DNA of 63,461 bases, the filler included, from Choristocarpus tenellus KU-1152 (taxonomy: Eukaryota; Protista; Phaeophyceae), in the NCBI GenBank assembly GCA_964200185.2. It is 11 parts of 11 records of this genome, joined end to end, with 100 filler letters (N's around TTAATTAATTAA, not from the genome) between each part and the next. Parts side by side here need not be neighbours in the genome. Positions count along the whole stretch, not along the records: positions 22,375 to 24,895 come from CAXNAD020027116.1; positions 24,996 to 29,899 come from CAXNAD020012587.1; positions 30,000 to 33,997 come from CAXNAD020016738.1; positions 34,098 to 43,062 come from CAXNAD020004157.1; 7 more parts are not named here. One strand, 5' to 3'. Each line of letters starts with the position of its first letter. Position 1 is the first letter of the stretch. Of this stretch, positions 24,881 through 38,115 are shown one piece after another. The position numbers and the translations under genes are program-made. Under the pieces are notes generated by a model that saw only the letters and a list, made by a program, of their open reading frames with translations, did not search any database and had not been told where the DNA came from.

Positions 24881-26150
24881 ACACCCCCCCCACCCNNNNN
24901 NNNNNNNNNNNNNNNNNNNNNNNNNNNNNNNNNNNNNNNTTAATTAATTAANNNNNNNNNNNNNNNNNNNNNNNNNNNNNNNNNNNNNNNNNNNNTGAAA
25001 AACCCGTGGGAAGCCAAGCCCCAAATGGACAAACAGTGCAAAACTCGTACCCTCTAAGATACTTTCACTCAAACCCCTCTGTGCCCATCTCCCTGGTGAC
25101 TCCAGCTTAAAACGCATGACATGTTTAGACAGTGCCACTTGCGTAGTTACTGCGACAATTTGGCGTAGTTGGGATTTAACCGCTCCTTTCCTGCTATATC
25201 CTCCGCTTCCTCTCCCCTCCACCGTGTTTGTAGCCAGTCATCTCCAGGAAGCATTCGGCTTGCTTGCTGAGGCGCCCAAACCTTTCCACCGCGAAGGTGT
25301 TGAGGTTATAACTACGAGGATCAAAAGAGCCCTCGTGGGTGCACTTTCACGCCTCGGCTGGTGCAGCAGCCACAACATTGCTGGTGGATGAGTGTGCAAG
25401 ATGGGAGGTTGCCTATATTTCTGCAAATGTAACATCTAGCAGAAGGCCTTTGTCCTGGTAGGGAGCTGTTCCAGTGTCCCCCAGTGCCCCTGCATGGAAA
25501 ACTAGACCCATGCAGAGATTTCTGTCCACCGTGAAGGGGCTGCTGTCCTCCGTAGTGCAAGGAATGCCCATACCCTTGCATAGTTGGCTTAGGCGCTTCA
25601 CCATGGGTGTGTGCTGTCGAACCTGTTCTCCTGCCCTGGGGCAGGTACAGGCATGTCTGGTAACGACATTTTGCCTCCTGCACCCCGCCGCTGGGCACCT
25701 GTTTGAGAGGACCTCCTCCCTCCCTAGGGATCTGCTGGCTGTAAGCTTGAATTCTAGAGGGGGAATCTGGCATGCTGGCTCTAGGGGTTGCCTTGAGGCC
25801 CAAGCGTTTGCCCATTGTCCACACTGGCTCCGGTAGCGTGCTAGGGTAATGAGGAGCTCTCCTTCCTCTGATGTACTCCACTAGGTAGGCCAGCTAATTG
25901 TGTCCGGAAGGAGTCGAAACGGACCCTGTTCTGGAGGCATGTGATCTCATGTTGAGCCCTCCTTGTGATCCTGGCGACATGGGCTGCCAGGATGTGGACC
26001 TCCGGGGCAGGTGCAGGAGATGGTGTTTCCCCCCAGGTTACCCAGTGTTGGCCAATGATTTCTACAAGATCTTCAGAGGTGATACTTGTAGAAAGGAGGG
26101 TGTGAATGGACAATCCTAAAGACTGTACTGTGGGACTCGCGCATACAGGT

Positions 26151-26331
26151 GACCCAAAGTATCTGTGTGGGGGGGGTGGTCTACACCAGGGTATCCATTT
26201 GGGTCAATATCAGGAAAAGTGCATTTACATTATCCTTCCGACGTATGCAACCAAATCACCCCAAAATCGCTACATTAAAAAATTGACCCCAAATGGACAG
26301 TCGCCACCCCCCGCCCCAGATACTTTGGGCC
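26151..26331. mobile_element. MITE, subfamily B (TIR CCCAAAGTATCTG...CAGATACTTTGGG)
   Basis: Terminal inverted repeats with internal CCATTTGGG / CCCAAATGG. Related copies at 48896-49122 and ~24661-24830 (partial), and ends on both sides of the 45990 gap. Confidence 0.7.
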
Positions 26332-26773
26332 AGCTTGTGAGAAGGACTCGCCATGAGGCCGTTGCTGCCTTGCTAGGAGGGCGGGGAGAGTAGTCAACAG
26401 CGATCCTACGAAAGTCGCATTTTGGCGGTGTTTCATAGAGGAGAGGCCCAGACCCCCCGCATTTGTGGGCATCTGCGCCTGTACTTGTTGGTGGGTCTCT
26501 AGACGTACAGACCCATGGTTACACCCTCCCTCAAAGAATCCGTCGCCTTTGTTGAGTCTGCTGCCTCCATTATCCTCTCTAGTGTCCATGATGAGGTGTT
26601 ATCTGCTTGCTCCATGGTGGAGTGTGCCAGGAGGGAGGGAGTGACCCTTGCAAGATAGCCTAGGTGGGAGGAGAGGGACCAGGAGTTGAGTAGTCAGGCC
26701 ACCTGTTTGTCCTCCATCTCGCTGAGGTGTGTGGTCAAAGTTCAATCACCTCAGCCATATGGGCTTGGATAAA

Positions 26774-27032
26774 GAGCCAAAGTATCTTAGAGGGTGGAGC
26801 CGCGTCCATTTGAGGGTCAAAATCCAATGTCACGAATTTGATGTAGTCTTAGCTATCATGTACGTTAGGGAGTGTCAATATCTATGTTTCGGACACACCT
26901 TTTCATAACGCATACATTTTACCTACTCCTAAACATTTTGGAGTAGGAAAATGTCATAAAAAAATCCATGGGAAACCAAGCCCCAAATGGACAAACAGAG
27001 CAAAATTCGTACCCTCTAAGATACTTTCTCTC
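26774..27032. mobile_element. MITE, subfamily A (~260 bp; TIR core AAAGTATCTTAGAGGGT)
   Basis: Perfect 17-bp inverted repeat (26779-26795 / 27011-27027) with GAG...CTC termini, flanked by AAA/AAA. Confidence 0.85.
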
Positions 27033-30000
27033 AAAGCCATTTGTTCCCACGGGAGACCTCAATGTGACAAAACCATTGGGGTTCTGGGCTAGTTGATCCC
27101 TACAGCAGACAGAAGCTCCAGTTCTGATGGCTTGGGTTGGTAACCCTGGGGAGGTGCGGCGAAGGTCTTGTCCATATAAGTCAATGTCTACCTCATGAGG
27201 TCAGCTTTTAACTGCTCGAAAGCAGCTGTGGTGTTGGGGCCGATCTCCCTTGCAGATATGGACGTGTCGTCCAGATAGCTCTGGGAGGAAATCCCTTGGG
27301 ACCCAAACGCAGATTGGAGCTGCTGTGGCGCCTTATGTGTTGCCACGCAATAAAAGAGGGGGCCTTGGAGGTCTCCCTGCTGTGCCCCTGATCTTGATGG
27401 CAGGATCTTCATCCCTCCCTCATCCAGGGGGTAAAGAAGGTTTCGGGTGTCCCCATATACCTTGGAGACATAAGGCAGGAGTCCTGGGAGATTCTCTGGG
27501 AGAGCCTTGATGAAAGCTGAGCGGCGCGCACACTGTTGAAGACATTTCTTCCGTCTAGACTGATGACTGATGACCCAATTCTCCACACTCATTCCTTAGG
27601 CGGATATCTAGGAGTGCACGCTCTACTCCACTTGGGACCTTGACACCAAATTGTCCTATTCCACCGAAAAATTACTCCAGGTAGGGGTGCCAGTCCGAGC
27701 AGAAAGCTAAAGAATATGCCCTTCTGAAGAAAGACCCGCAGGCGACTGGGCGACACTTCTCCCCAATTGCGGACAGTCTGGAGTTTGTCTGAAATATCCA
27801 GAACTCCAGAGGGAAAGAGTCCGGGGGAGGTGTAGGCCAGCCGGAGAGGACCCTGAATCCCGCAATGACCGTGTTGCAGCTTTGGATCACCACAATCGAG
27901 GAATCTCCAAGGGGGCGAGTGTGCTCCTAGCACAGCCCAGAGCCCCAAGGACAGAGGAGACATTCTGTGTGCTGGTCTCCAAACACCCGAGTGAGAACCA
28001 GGATGAGCTTAGGCAGGTCATCACAGACGCAAATGACAGGGTACCAGGGAATTCAAGATCTGGGGAACAAAGGTACTGCCCCCTGAAGAGGTGTACACCC
28101 CCACCTCCCTTTGAACGGCCTTCATGAGGGCAAACAGCAACTCTGCACCAGGCCCTGATGCGATGCGCCCTAGCCACATCAGATCAGCCATCACGACAGA
28201 TGTTGGTCACGAAGAAGTAGCAGAGGCGTTTGCAAAACTATGGGGGGGCCTCTCTATGTCTGCTGGTCCTCTGGGGTCATTCTAGTATCCATGCTACCAG
28301 CTCTTGGATATTCCCTGAAGCCACCCGGGCAAACCTTTCCTCCCTCAAGAACTTTCCATCATTTGCCAGTAAGAGGCCAGATATCATGTGGAAGAGTTTG
28401 GACGCTCTCATGACCCCCCTATGGTTGGTGTCCTACCCTGCAGCCTTGGGGCTGTTAACTCATATATCAGGAGATCCACTGTGTGCATGTGGGTGATTGC
28501 GTGGGCAGTGTGGAACCTGCCGGGGACCTTCTTAACCATGAGGATGTTTACCCGCTCCAGGGTCTCCATCCGGACTTGGTCAAGGGCAGAAGCTACACTT
28601 GGAGCTTGAACCTCCGAAGGCAGACGTGGATGTGGTGATAGGTGGCCTAGATTTCCTGTGGAGGGAGGGGGTGTAGAGGGGGTATGTGGTGGTGGTGATG
28701 GTGGTGATGGTGGTGACTGGGTGAAGTGGGTTGGGGTGTGGGGGTAGGGAGTGCTCTGACCTGTGGAGTGGGATGGGTGGGGTGTGAGTTTTGGCACGGG
28801 ATGTTGTGTAGTGAGAAGAGGTGGATTTGGGCTGCTGCGGTGTTATTCAGGTGGGTTATGAGCCCACCGGGTGGGTGTCTTTGGCTGGTGAGGGTGGTGT
28901 AAGTGCGATTGAAAAGCGTGGGAATAGGTAGGTGCGTTCCACAGTAGGGGCATGTGAGAGGGTGGTTGATGCCTTTGCAGAGGTAACCATGGATTTGAGG
29001 TGGAGCAAGCACCAACAACGGAGGGTGTCTTGGTGGTCTGGGAGGAGAGGCTCTAGACAGCTTGGGCAGGGAGGAAAGAAGGGGGAGGGGCTGGGGAGTG
29101 GGGGCGTGTGATGGAGAGTATGCGAAATATTGGGATGGCAAAAGGGGTGGAAGACGATTGTGAGTGGATGGATTCCAGCACAGCTTCGGTTCCTACACTC
29201 CTCTCCATGGAAGCGTAGTAGTGTTCTGGGCAGGCAGGGGTGCGGCAGGTGGGTCACTGGATGGGACTGGGCGCGGAGGTATAGAGCCGAGGCACAGTCC
29301 AGATCAAGTGCGTATGTGCAGGAGAAGGAGAGTACTGGCCGTTATGTCTGGAAAAAACAGGCTGCACAGTGTTCCGGTGTGAGCTGACGTGGTTGTTGAG
29401 GTGGTCGTGGGTTGGGGTCACCAGTGGAGGAGGCTGGCCATCGAATCCCAGTAGTACCTATTATCACTGTCTCTCCTGTCTCCTCCTCGTCGTTGTCGTG
29501 GAGGGGTGGCACCCTCTCCCTGCGACCTTCGTCATAATCCTCTACTGCCTCTCCAGCCCCATGCCCCTGTGTGCCCATTCGATTTTCCGTCCGACCTTTG
29601 CCATCCTGCAAAACGAAACCTGTCCGCCTATTCCCGAAGAAGAGTGGTGTGCTCTGCTTATATTCCTCCCTCTCCGTGCCTATCTCGTGGGCCCCCGTCC
29701 CCATCCTCGATCACCTCCACAAACTCGTCCTCCTGTGAGCCCATTCCGTTCTCTGTCCGTCCTTCTCCATTCTGCAAAATCGAAGCCTGTGCATCTATTC
29801 CCAAAGCAGGGTTATACACTCCACTTATACCAGTTCCTCACCCCTGCCTGTCTCGTGTTGCGTTGTCGCCTTCCTCCATGACCTCCACAGCCCCATCCCN
29901 NNNNNNNNNNNNNNNNNNNNNNNNNNNNNNNNNNNNNNNNNNNTTAATTAATTAANNNNNNNNNNNNNNNNNNNNNNNNNNNNNNNNNNNNNNNNNNNNC

Positions 30001-30938
30001 TGCACCAACAATCATAACACCTTCAAGAAGCACTAGCAATATGTATGTCCCCCCCCCCTCTGCCACCCAGTCCCTGCCCTCCATGTCCACAGACATCATT
30101 AGAAAAGCTCTCACCCGGACTCTTGACGCAATTGCTCCTGAGGAAGATGATCCGGAAACAACCTTACGTAACCCCACACTAGTGCTGCCATCACGGCTGG
30201 CGAAGCTCCCCCTACAATGTACAGTTGCCAAACGTGGAGGTCCGGCCTGCTGGAGACCAGAGTGGCAGCCGTGGAACCTGCCCTCACCCCCCCATCATCA
30301 CATGTCAACACGGTGGTAGAGATATTAAAAGGTGCAACAGCGATATATGAACCAAAAATAAAAGGCGTCTGCATTCAGAAACGAAGACACAGAGTACACA
30401 CATTACCTTATTTTAGTGACTGTGTGCCTATGTGGCACACTCTTTCGGTACAACAAGTGCAGCCACTTTCAAGTTCATATATATATATATATATATGTAT
30501 ATATTGTCTATAACTAGTACAAATGTAGGGTTAGGGTTAGGGATCATAAGTGGCCGCTGGTAAGAGGCAGGGTCCGCGCACAGACGTTTTTTTCTGTGTT
30601 GTCTTTGTGCATCCATACATAGGTGTAATAGAGAAGGACAATGATTAGGTCAGAGCACACGCCACTCTAACAAAAACACCTTCTAATCTTCAAACAAAAA
30701 CACCACAGGTCCTGTGAAACCCCACACAATCATATCTCACCATATCACAACTTCACTGCACATGAAAAAAAAGATTCCGAAACACAATTGTTCTGCAATC
30801 ACAGGGAATACCACAATACCACCTTTGAAAAATGCCAACGGGGCTCCCAACATCACCACTCCTACCATCCCCACTCGTCCCTCCCGCTCCTACAGAGTGG
30901 CAGGAGGAGGAAGAAGAGTTAAAAAAGGAATAACGCAC

Positions 30939-33699
30939 CAAGGATTGCCCCAACCTGTGCCCCAGCGATGATCAGACCATATGACGCCTTGGCAGCCTCG
31001 AGATCCACTGTGGCATTGGTGAAGGCCCAAAAGAGAGCTACAGAGAGTGATCCATACGTCTCTATTGCCACGTAAGAGACCCACCCCACAAGTCGGAAAG
31101 GGTTTGCCTCCTGATTTCCCATGCCAAAGCGGGCACTCTTCAGAAAGAGGCCCAGGACAATGAAGATTGTTGTGTACGACATTCCCAGGATGTAGAACAG
31201 CTGTTGTGGAAAGAGTGGCCACACCACGATGAGGACAGTGGCGACGGGATTTGAACATATGGTAAAACAATAACACACAAGGTTAGGCTTGCTGTCCCTT
31301 TCTGGCAGAGGGGAGTATAGCGTTGTCTGAACGGAAGGGGGGGGCGGGAATAACAAGGATTTCTCATTTCTCATTTCTCATTTCTCATTTCTCAATGGGC
31401 TGGCTGGAGGTTGAGAAGCGGATGGGTGGACTCTGTAGAGGGAATATGGGAGGGGTACTTGGGTGGTGAGGGCTGTATCAAGATTTTTGTTTGAATACGG
31501 GTGTGATACTCACAGCGTAGTATAGGACAGAGTAGTATTCCGAATGTTGTACCTTCACCCGATACACAGTATGCTTTAACTGCAGTGGAAGCATGGACTT
31601 AGAACATGAGGTGTAGAGGACAGTTCCGGATACTATGTTACGGAGTACTGTACATCAGTCAATGGATTGCACGATATAATGCGTCGGGTAGCTACAGAGA
31701 TAGGGTTACCCACCATGTGGAGGTGGATAAACGACATACTAAATACAGATGAGGGAAACATGTATGATCATTTTGGGGGCTACTGCGCTCTCAACGTGAC
31801 GGCTACCACTCAAGTGTTGCGTCCAGTTTGTTGAGAGCAAGGGTGGGGCACATAATTGTAAAAGCAGAGGCAAAGGGAAGAGTGAACGTTTCAGACAGAA
31901 GAGCTCACTCCTACAGAACTAGAGCAATTGGCAGGGAATCATACTGGAACTGGCAGGGCATCTGGTGAGACATATTAGTGGGGCTTTTGGTGGAAAAGGT
32001 GAGGGAAATAGTGTGAATGGAAACGAGGGGACAAACCCAGGGGACATTGTGGGAGAAAGGGCGAGCTCATCTTGAGTTGGAAAACTACCGTGCATAATAC
32101 AACCGAGGAAATCGATATCGTCCTTTTGGGCAATAGTCATCTCTACAGGCACCTGATAGGACTAAATACTTGTTGGAGAGGGAAAGTGTTATGCATATCA
32201 TCGTGAACAGAACTGGAGTTCTAGATGGAACTAGGTTGCATTTTCCATAGGCAATGCTTGCGAAAAAAAAATTGAAAAGAGAGAATGATGATGATGATCA
32301 CACCCACTCTAAACAAAGAGCATTGTCTTGTCTTCATATATGGCCCAAAGCCCTGAGTCACTGTAACCCCTTAGAGCATGCACTGGGTGGAAGGATTTAG
32401 ACAAAGCACAATGGTAGAATAGCTACATAAGGAGGCGGAGGTGTGCATATGGAATGTGGACCTCCAGAAAAACAGATGAATCAGTTGCCCTCCAGCCTCT
32501 CACACTCCAGTGCATTTCCACCCCTTGTTAATTCGCACGCTATAGATTCACACACACACTCCTTGTATGCATGACTCTACTACTTAAAACTGGATCTTCA
32601 ATGGTGCCTGATCAGTGGTTCTAGCCTAGAGAACGACTATGTTGACGGTGACACTGCAACACCATATCCATTGATACAGATATAAGAGGTACCGTTCACG
32701 CTCTGGGGCACAGGTAAGGTTTTCGGAAACTGGTAACCAGGGTGACCAGAGATATTCTACTAAATACCTACCTAATTCAGGGCTCGCTTTAGGGCAAGTC
32801 AAGCGGAGGAGTAACGATCAAATGGTGCAGTGTTGGAGTCCCCACTGTAAGCTGGTCAAAGAGTACTCTCGCTCTCCCCTCCTCACCGTGGGCTTGTTAC
32901 AGGTGTCGATGAGCCTATTGTACTGTATCACGAGCAGTAGGGTGACAAACACAGATAGAAGCTTGGCAGACGGCTGGAATTCCATACCGACAGTCCGCTC
33001 GAGAACTGTATCTTTCATGGAGTCCAGCAACCAGAATCCACCAATTATGGAGAACAGCATCAGAGATAGCTGCCCGGGCACCAGCAAAACATCGGGGCGG
33101 TAGGAGAGGGCGCATTGGACAATGTCGGAGAAGTCAAACACTAGAACATCAATGAATGTTTGGTTCGCCAAGGAAATCTTGGTTCCCTAGATCCTCTCAC
33201 ATTTGTCTAAGGTAAGGTTGGCCATTGTAAGTTTCCAACTCCCCATGACTGTTCCACGTAGCGAATATTGAAGAAACACTGTGGATAATCCACAATCTAA
33301 CAATAAGACTTGCTCAAAAGAGCTCGACAGTTGTGCATTGGAAGTGCTTCTTCCCAACATTTGATCCAACACTCTCCAAAATTGACAAGTCGAGGTGAGG
33401 AGGAAAATGCACTAACAGCAGTCCGACAGCTTAATTGTAGGTCTAAAGCTCACCCATGCAATCCTTGAGATATCACCCGCCGGTAGGTTTCCATAGAGAA
33501 ATCGTAGAGCGTGTCTTCCATACCAGACCTTGTCATCATGACTCCCTACCTCTCGCCCCAGGTATTCCGCCGCTTTCGCATCTCTCCGTGCTTCCTTCCC
33601 CAGTCCATCGCTTTGCATTGAACCCAAGAGGGGCCTTGACTGATCCTCATCATCATCCCCTGAGATGCTGCCAGTTTCTTCCTCATCTACATCAGGCAT
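30939..33699 (-). CDS. TLC/NTT-family ATP/ADP (nucleotide) transporter, first three exons (3' part not found)
   Basis: Exons 33454-33699, 32887-33069 and 30939-31200 are GT-AG and phase-consistent. Motifs: FSIIGGFWLLDSMKDTV, QPSAKLLSV, YVAIETYGSLSVALFWAFTN, AKASYGLIIAGAQVGAILG. Confidence 0.85.
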
Positions 33700-34847
33700 G
33701 GTCAAGTTACTTCGCAATGAAGGTGTAGAGGCAAAGGTATCAAACTTAGGTGATGGATGAATTGTCACTCCTGTGAGATAAATCGGAGAAATATGCACCA
33801 CAGAGCTAGTTCCAGGGCGGCCTATCCACCAAAAACTATCTAGGGTTACAAAGTGAAAGAATTTTGATTTTGAAATGAAATGAAACCGGGTAGAAATATT
33901 TCGATCTATTGAAAGAACCTACTAAATTGTGGAAAGCATGTTTGTCTGTTATTATACCGTATTGCTCGTATGCCATATACCGTTATACCGTGGTACCNNN
34001 NNNNNNNNNNNNNNNNNNNNNNNNNNNNNNNNNNNNNNNNNTTAATTAATTAANNNNNNNNNNNNNNNNNNNNNNNNNNNNNNNNNNNNNNNNNNNNGGG
34101 GGGGGGGGTTCATCAGCGGTTGTGGGTGGGTACAGGTCTTGCAGGGATTGTTCTTGGGAGTTGTAAAAATTTTGAAGGGATTATTCGTCTTCTTTGGTTG
34201 TAAGAGTGTTGAAGGGATTATTCTTGACGTTCTATGGATACCGAGGGGAACAGGAGAGACTTTTGTGTTTGAAAATAGGATTGCATGGGCTGGGTTGGGA
34301 GGGGTGGGGGGAGGGGGAGTGCGGGAGGGAGATAGTGTAGTTGACTCTTGAAGATGGCTATTGATGTATTCCATTTGTTGACCTGTTGGAGTGGTTGGTG
34401 TTGACATTCACAGGCATGAATGTTATTGTTATCATTACTATTATTATTAGTGTTGTGATTATGACTACATTTATTATTTTGACTATTATTAAGATTGTCA
34501 TTTTTGTTTTATCAATGTCATTTGTTATTGTTGTTATTTTATATATAATATTTTTATTAGTAATAATGTTGATGCTCTTATCAGGAGAGGTCTGTTCCTG
34601 CTGTGGTTTGTTGTTGCTCTCTTAGATACATAGACATTGGCGGGTGAATGTGTAGGATGTTTTAACTCTTTTGCTGTGGCACAGAAAGGGTTAACTTCAC
34701 TATATATATATATGTGTGTGTATGTGTATCTTAACAAAACGTATTCTCTAATGTAGGACAATATATAAAAATATACACCAAAAAAACCCACTAACATCCA
34801 TAACCCTAACCCTGACCTCGACTGTGACCCGAAATAAAATGAAACAG

Positions 34848-37800
34848 GTGGCATTTGACAAGGGCGTTCGTGCTCCTACAGTCACCTTGGATGGCGATAC
34901 GGTGGAGCCGCAGGGGACCCTTACCGGAGGCTCCAAGTCTCAGCTCGGAGTGGTCCTGGCACGTTTGGGTGAGCTTCAGGAGCATGGTGAGAAGCTTGGG
35001 GCGGTGGAGGAAAGGTTACGTCAGGTCTGCCATAAGCTGGAGAGGTTGTCTGAAGACTCTGCACAGGTAAGCTCTATGATTTGAAATTGACAATTGAATA
35101 ATTGAATAATTTGGTGGGTAAATGTATATATATATATATATATATTGTTAGAAGAAAGAAATGTATGTATGTATATATATATATATATACTTCTTTTTCT
35201 AGGGTATGTGTGTGTAAGAAACTTTATATATTTTTGTGTTTTATGTTTCTTGAATGGGACAGGTGTGGATGTGTTTGTTGATGTATATGGCAATTTCCTA
35301 TGTTTTCTTTTGTTTTGCCTGATATTTTTGCACCTCTGATTAGAACGAACGAGTGATGAATGAAAATAGATATATTGTGGAGTTTGATGTATATATATAT
35401 ATTTTATTTTTTATTTTTATTTTTTTTGGTGTTGTGCTGGCTCTTGTTTTTTTCTTTTGCGTTTTTCTTTTACCAATTTTTTTTTTGCTCGAGCTCTGTT
35501 CATTTCGTTAAGAAAAAAACGATAAAATGAAGAGTTGTAGAGTTTGACTTTCATTTCGTTTGTTTTCTGTTTGTAGAATCTTCCTATATGCATGCATGTG
35601 TGTATGTGTGTGTATGTGTGTATGTGTCTATCTTTCTTATGCCTGGGGGAAGAGGAGCACTGTGTACACGGATGCAAGTTTGATATCGATTTGATCAAAT
35701 GGATTATTGTCTACGTCAGTGGGTATAAAAATAAAAATAGTGTTTCGCCACTGTATATAATGACAGAACTAAAGACATCTCCATGTAATGACTTTTGTAT
35801 GAGCTATACAGTATAGTGAGGATGGAGGAAGGGAGGGGTGCTTTGCATAATTGCTATCCTGTTCTTGCCTAGGATTCCAATTTTGACCTGTTTTCTTCCC
35901 ACCTCACTGTCCTCCTCCTCCTCCTCCTCCATGGCATATTCTTTTTCATTCTCTTGGAGAGCATTATGCTGGGTAGTATACCCTCTTTTGACACAGTGAA
36001 TTACCTCTATGGACGCCTCTATCAACTAATACTGATGACCTAATTTCACCACAATAATACACTGTGGAGGGAGGCATTACCAACCTAGAAAACGCCTGAT
36101 ATGTTTATAAACAGTGATCTTGTTTATTCCTGACTGTGCCCCAGTTCACCCACTGCTGCCCGTGATTCTCCATCAAGGTATTTTTTTTTTTAGCAATATT
36201 TTCTTTTACTCAATTATTATTATAATTATGACTATTGTGCGATTTTCTATTCCTTTTTTTTTCAAGTATATTCTTGTGGTACACTTAATCGCACACAACT
36301 TTTGTTCCTTTTTTTCTATCACATTTTTTTTTTTGAAAAGAATGATTCCGCACCGCCTATCTCTCCAACCCTAACCCTGAACCTAAGTATGCTACGTTGA
36401 ACCGTGAGCTGGAGGTTAGAAGTGCCGCTACAGATGTGCTTCGAGAACGCCTCAGTCAGTCTTCCCACAGTCAGCTGGCGTCCAAGCTGGAGGAGACCAA
36501 GGGTGCATTGTCTGAGGCTCTGGTGGCTGTGGAGGCTGCCACTGCGACTGCCAATGCCGCCAAGGAGAGGTGAGAGACAGTTGACTTTGTTGGTATCTCC
36601 TTTGAGTCGCGTGGGTTTGGCTTTTGAGGGGGGTGGGAGGGGGGGGGCTTGGTCTTCCTTTGGTGTTTGTAGAGGTGTTGTCAAGAGGAGGCGTGTGTCG
36701 TTCGTCACCTTTTTTTTTTTGAAGGTATTATTTTTTGTTGGTGTTTTTTGGGTTTGGATTTATTTAAACCCTGAAGGGCTTGCAAATAGAGTGTTATTTT
36801 AATATTATTATTATTGTTATTATTATTATTATTATTATTATTGAAAAATGTATATTTATGTGTATGTGGCTCTCCGAGAATTTGTTTTGCTTCCATTTGA
36901 ATTAAAAAATATATATATGTTTGCATTGGTATGGTGGACGGTGGATGGATGGACTTCTAGCAGAACAGGTGTAACCGATTTAAGTATCAACTTCTTCACC
37001 CAATCGGTTGTATTCTTGCTGACTCCTGTGACACATACCCCCATACTACCCTTGCTCTTCACCTTTTGATGTGTTGCGATGGCGATGCAGTGAGTCAGGA
37101 CTCCTGGAGCAATGCCAGTCTTAACGTGCCAATGAAGGATTCTTTTTGTTTCGTTAGAGGTTTCCCTGAGACATTCGGATGTATGAAACCGTAGTAGGAG
37201 TCCCTGTTCAATGGTTGGCGAAAAGAACACTTTTTCTTATTTTTATTGTGTGTGTATGTAAGTTATCTTTTCTGTTCTTTTCTTTTCTTTTCTTTTCGGG
37301 TTTTGTTTGTTTCCCTGCTCTCCTGTGTGTTAGCCAATCAAACCAATTGATTAGTGCTATTGGTGTGTGTGACACCAACCCATGTCGTCATGCATGCCTG
37401 GCTGGAATGTTCACCTGTGGGGGGTGCTTTTTGTGGCAAGTGTGGTCGAAGAGCACGTGCGTAAAAAAAATAAATGGGTGCTTCCCTTCACTGCGTCAAG
37501 AGGAAATGGATGTCTGCTGTTGGGAGGGGGGGGAGGGTTTTAAAAAAACAAAAATGTTTCTAATGCAATAGATGGAATTGTCCTCTCCTTTACCGTGAAA
37601 TGTGTCCTGTGTGATGGTTGAGGTTAGTTGTTGTAGAGTGAAAGCATCTTAGAGGGTACAAGTTTTGCCCTGTTTGTCCATTTGGGGCTTGGCTTGCTAT
37701 TTATTTATTTTTTGACATTGTCCTCTCCAACATTCTTTCGGAGTAGGTAAAACGTGTACGTTATGAAAAGGTGTGTCTGAAACAAATATATTGACACTTC

Positions 37801-38046
37801 CTAACGAACACGAAAGCAAATTACATCAAAGTCGCAACATTGGACCCCAAATGGACGCGCGGGTCTGCCCCCTAACCCTAAGATACTTTCAATCGTATTA
37901 CCAACTCATGCAGTTTGAACAGACACCCTCACGGATACACAAACATATCATGGGTAGTTAGTGGTACCAGTGTTCAGTGCCATGTGATCAGGTTAGCCCT
38001 TACCTCAAACTTAACTACTTGACTTTTCTCCTCTTGATCTGCCGTT

Positions 38047-38115
<69 letters not shown>

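Larger units (their letters stand above)
25080..29200 (-). mobile_element. Degenerate CRE-like non-LTR retrotransposon (zinc finger - RT - restriction-like endonuclease), interrupted by two MITEs
   Basis: RT motifs 'SGAQQGDLQGPLFY' and 'SYLDD' (27188-27592); 'MPTNAGGLGL' (26275-26589); RLE-like 'QTCLY...HTH', 'EDSSPF...KGLLLDVTF' (25400-25660); N-terminal 'TCPYCG...LITHL' and 'NILMVKKVPGRF'. Frameshifted. Confidence 0.8.

Noticed and set aside
29342-30513. Overlapping 90-170 aa ORFs around the gap
   Set aside because: Low-complexity sequence, probably the 5' region of retroelements; no domain evidence.
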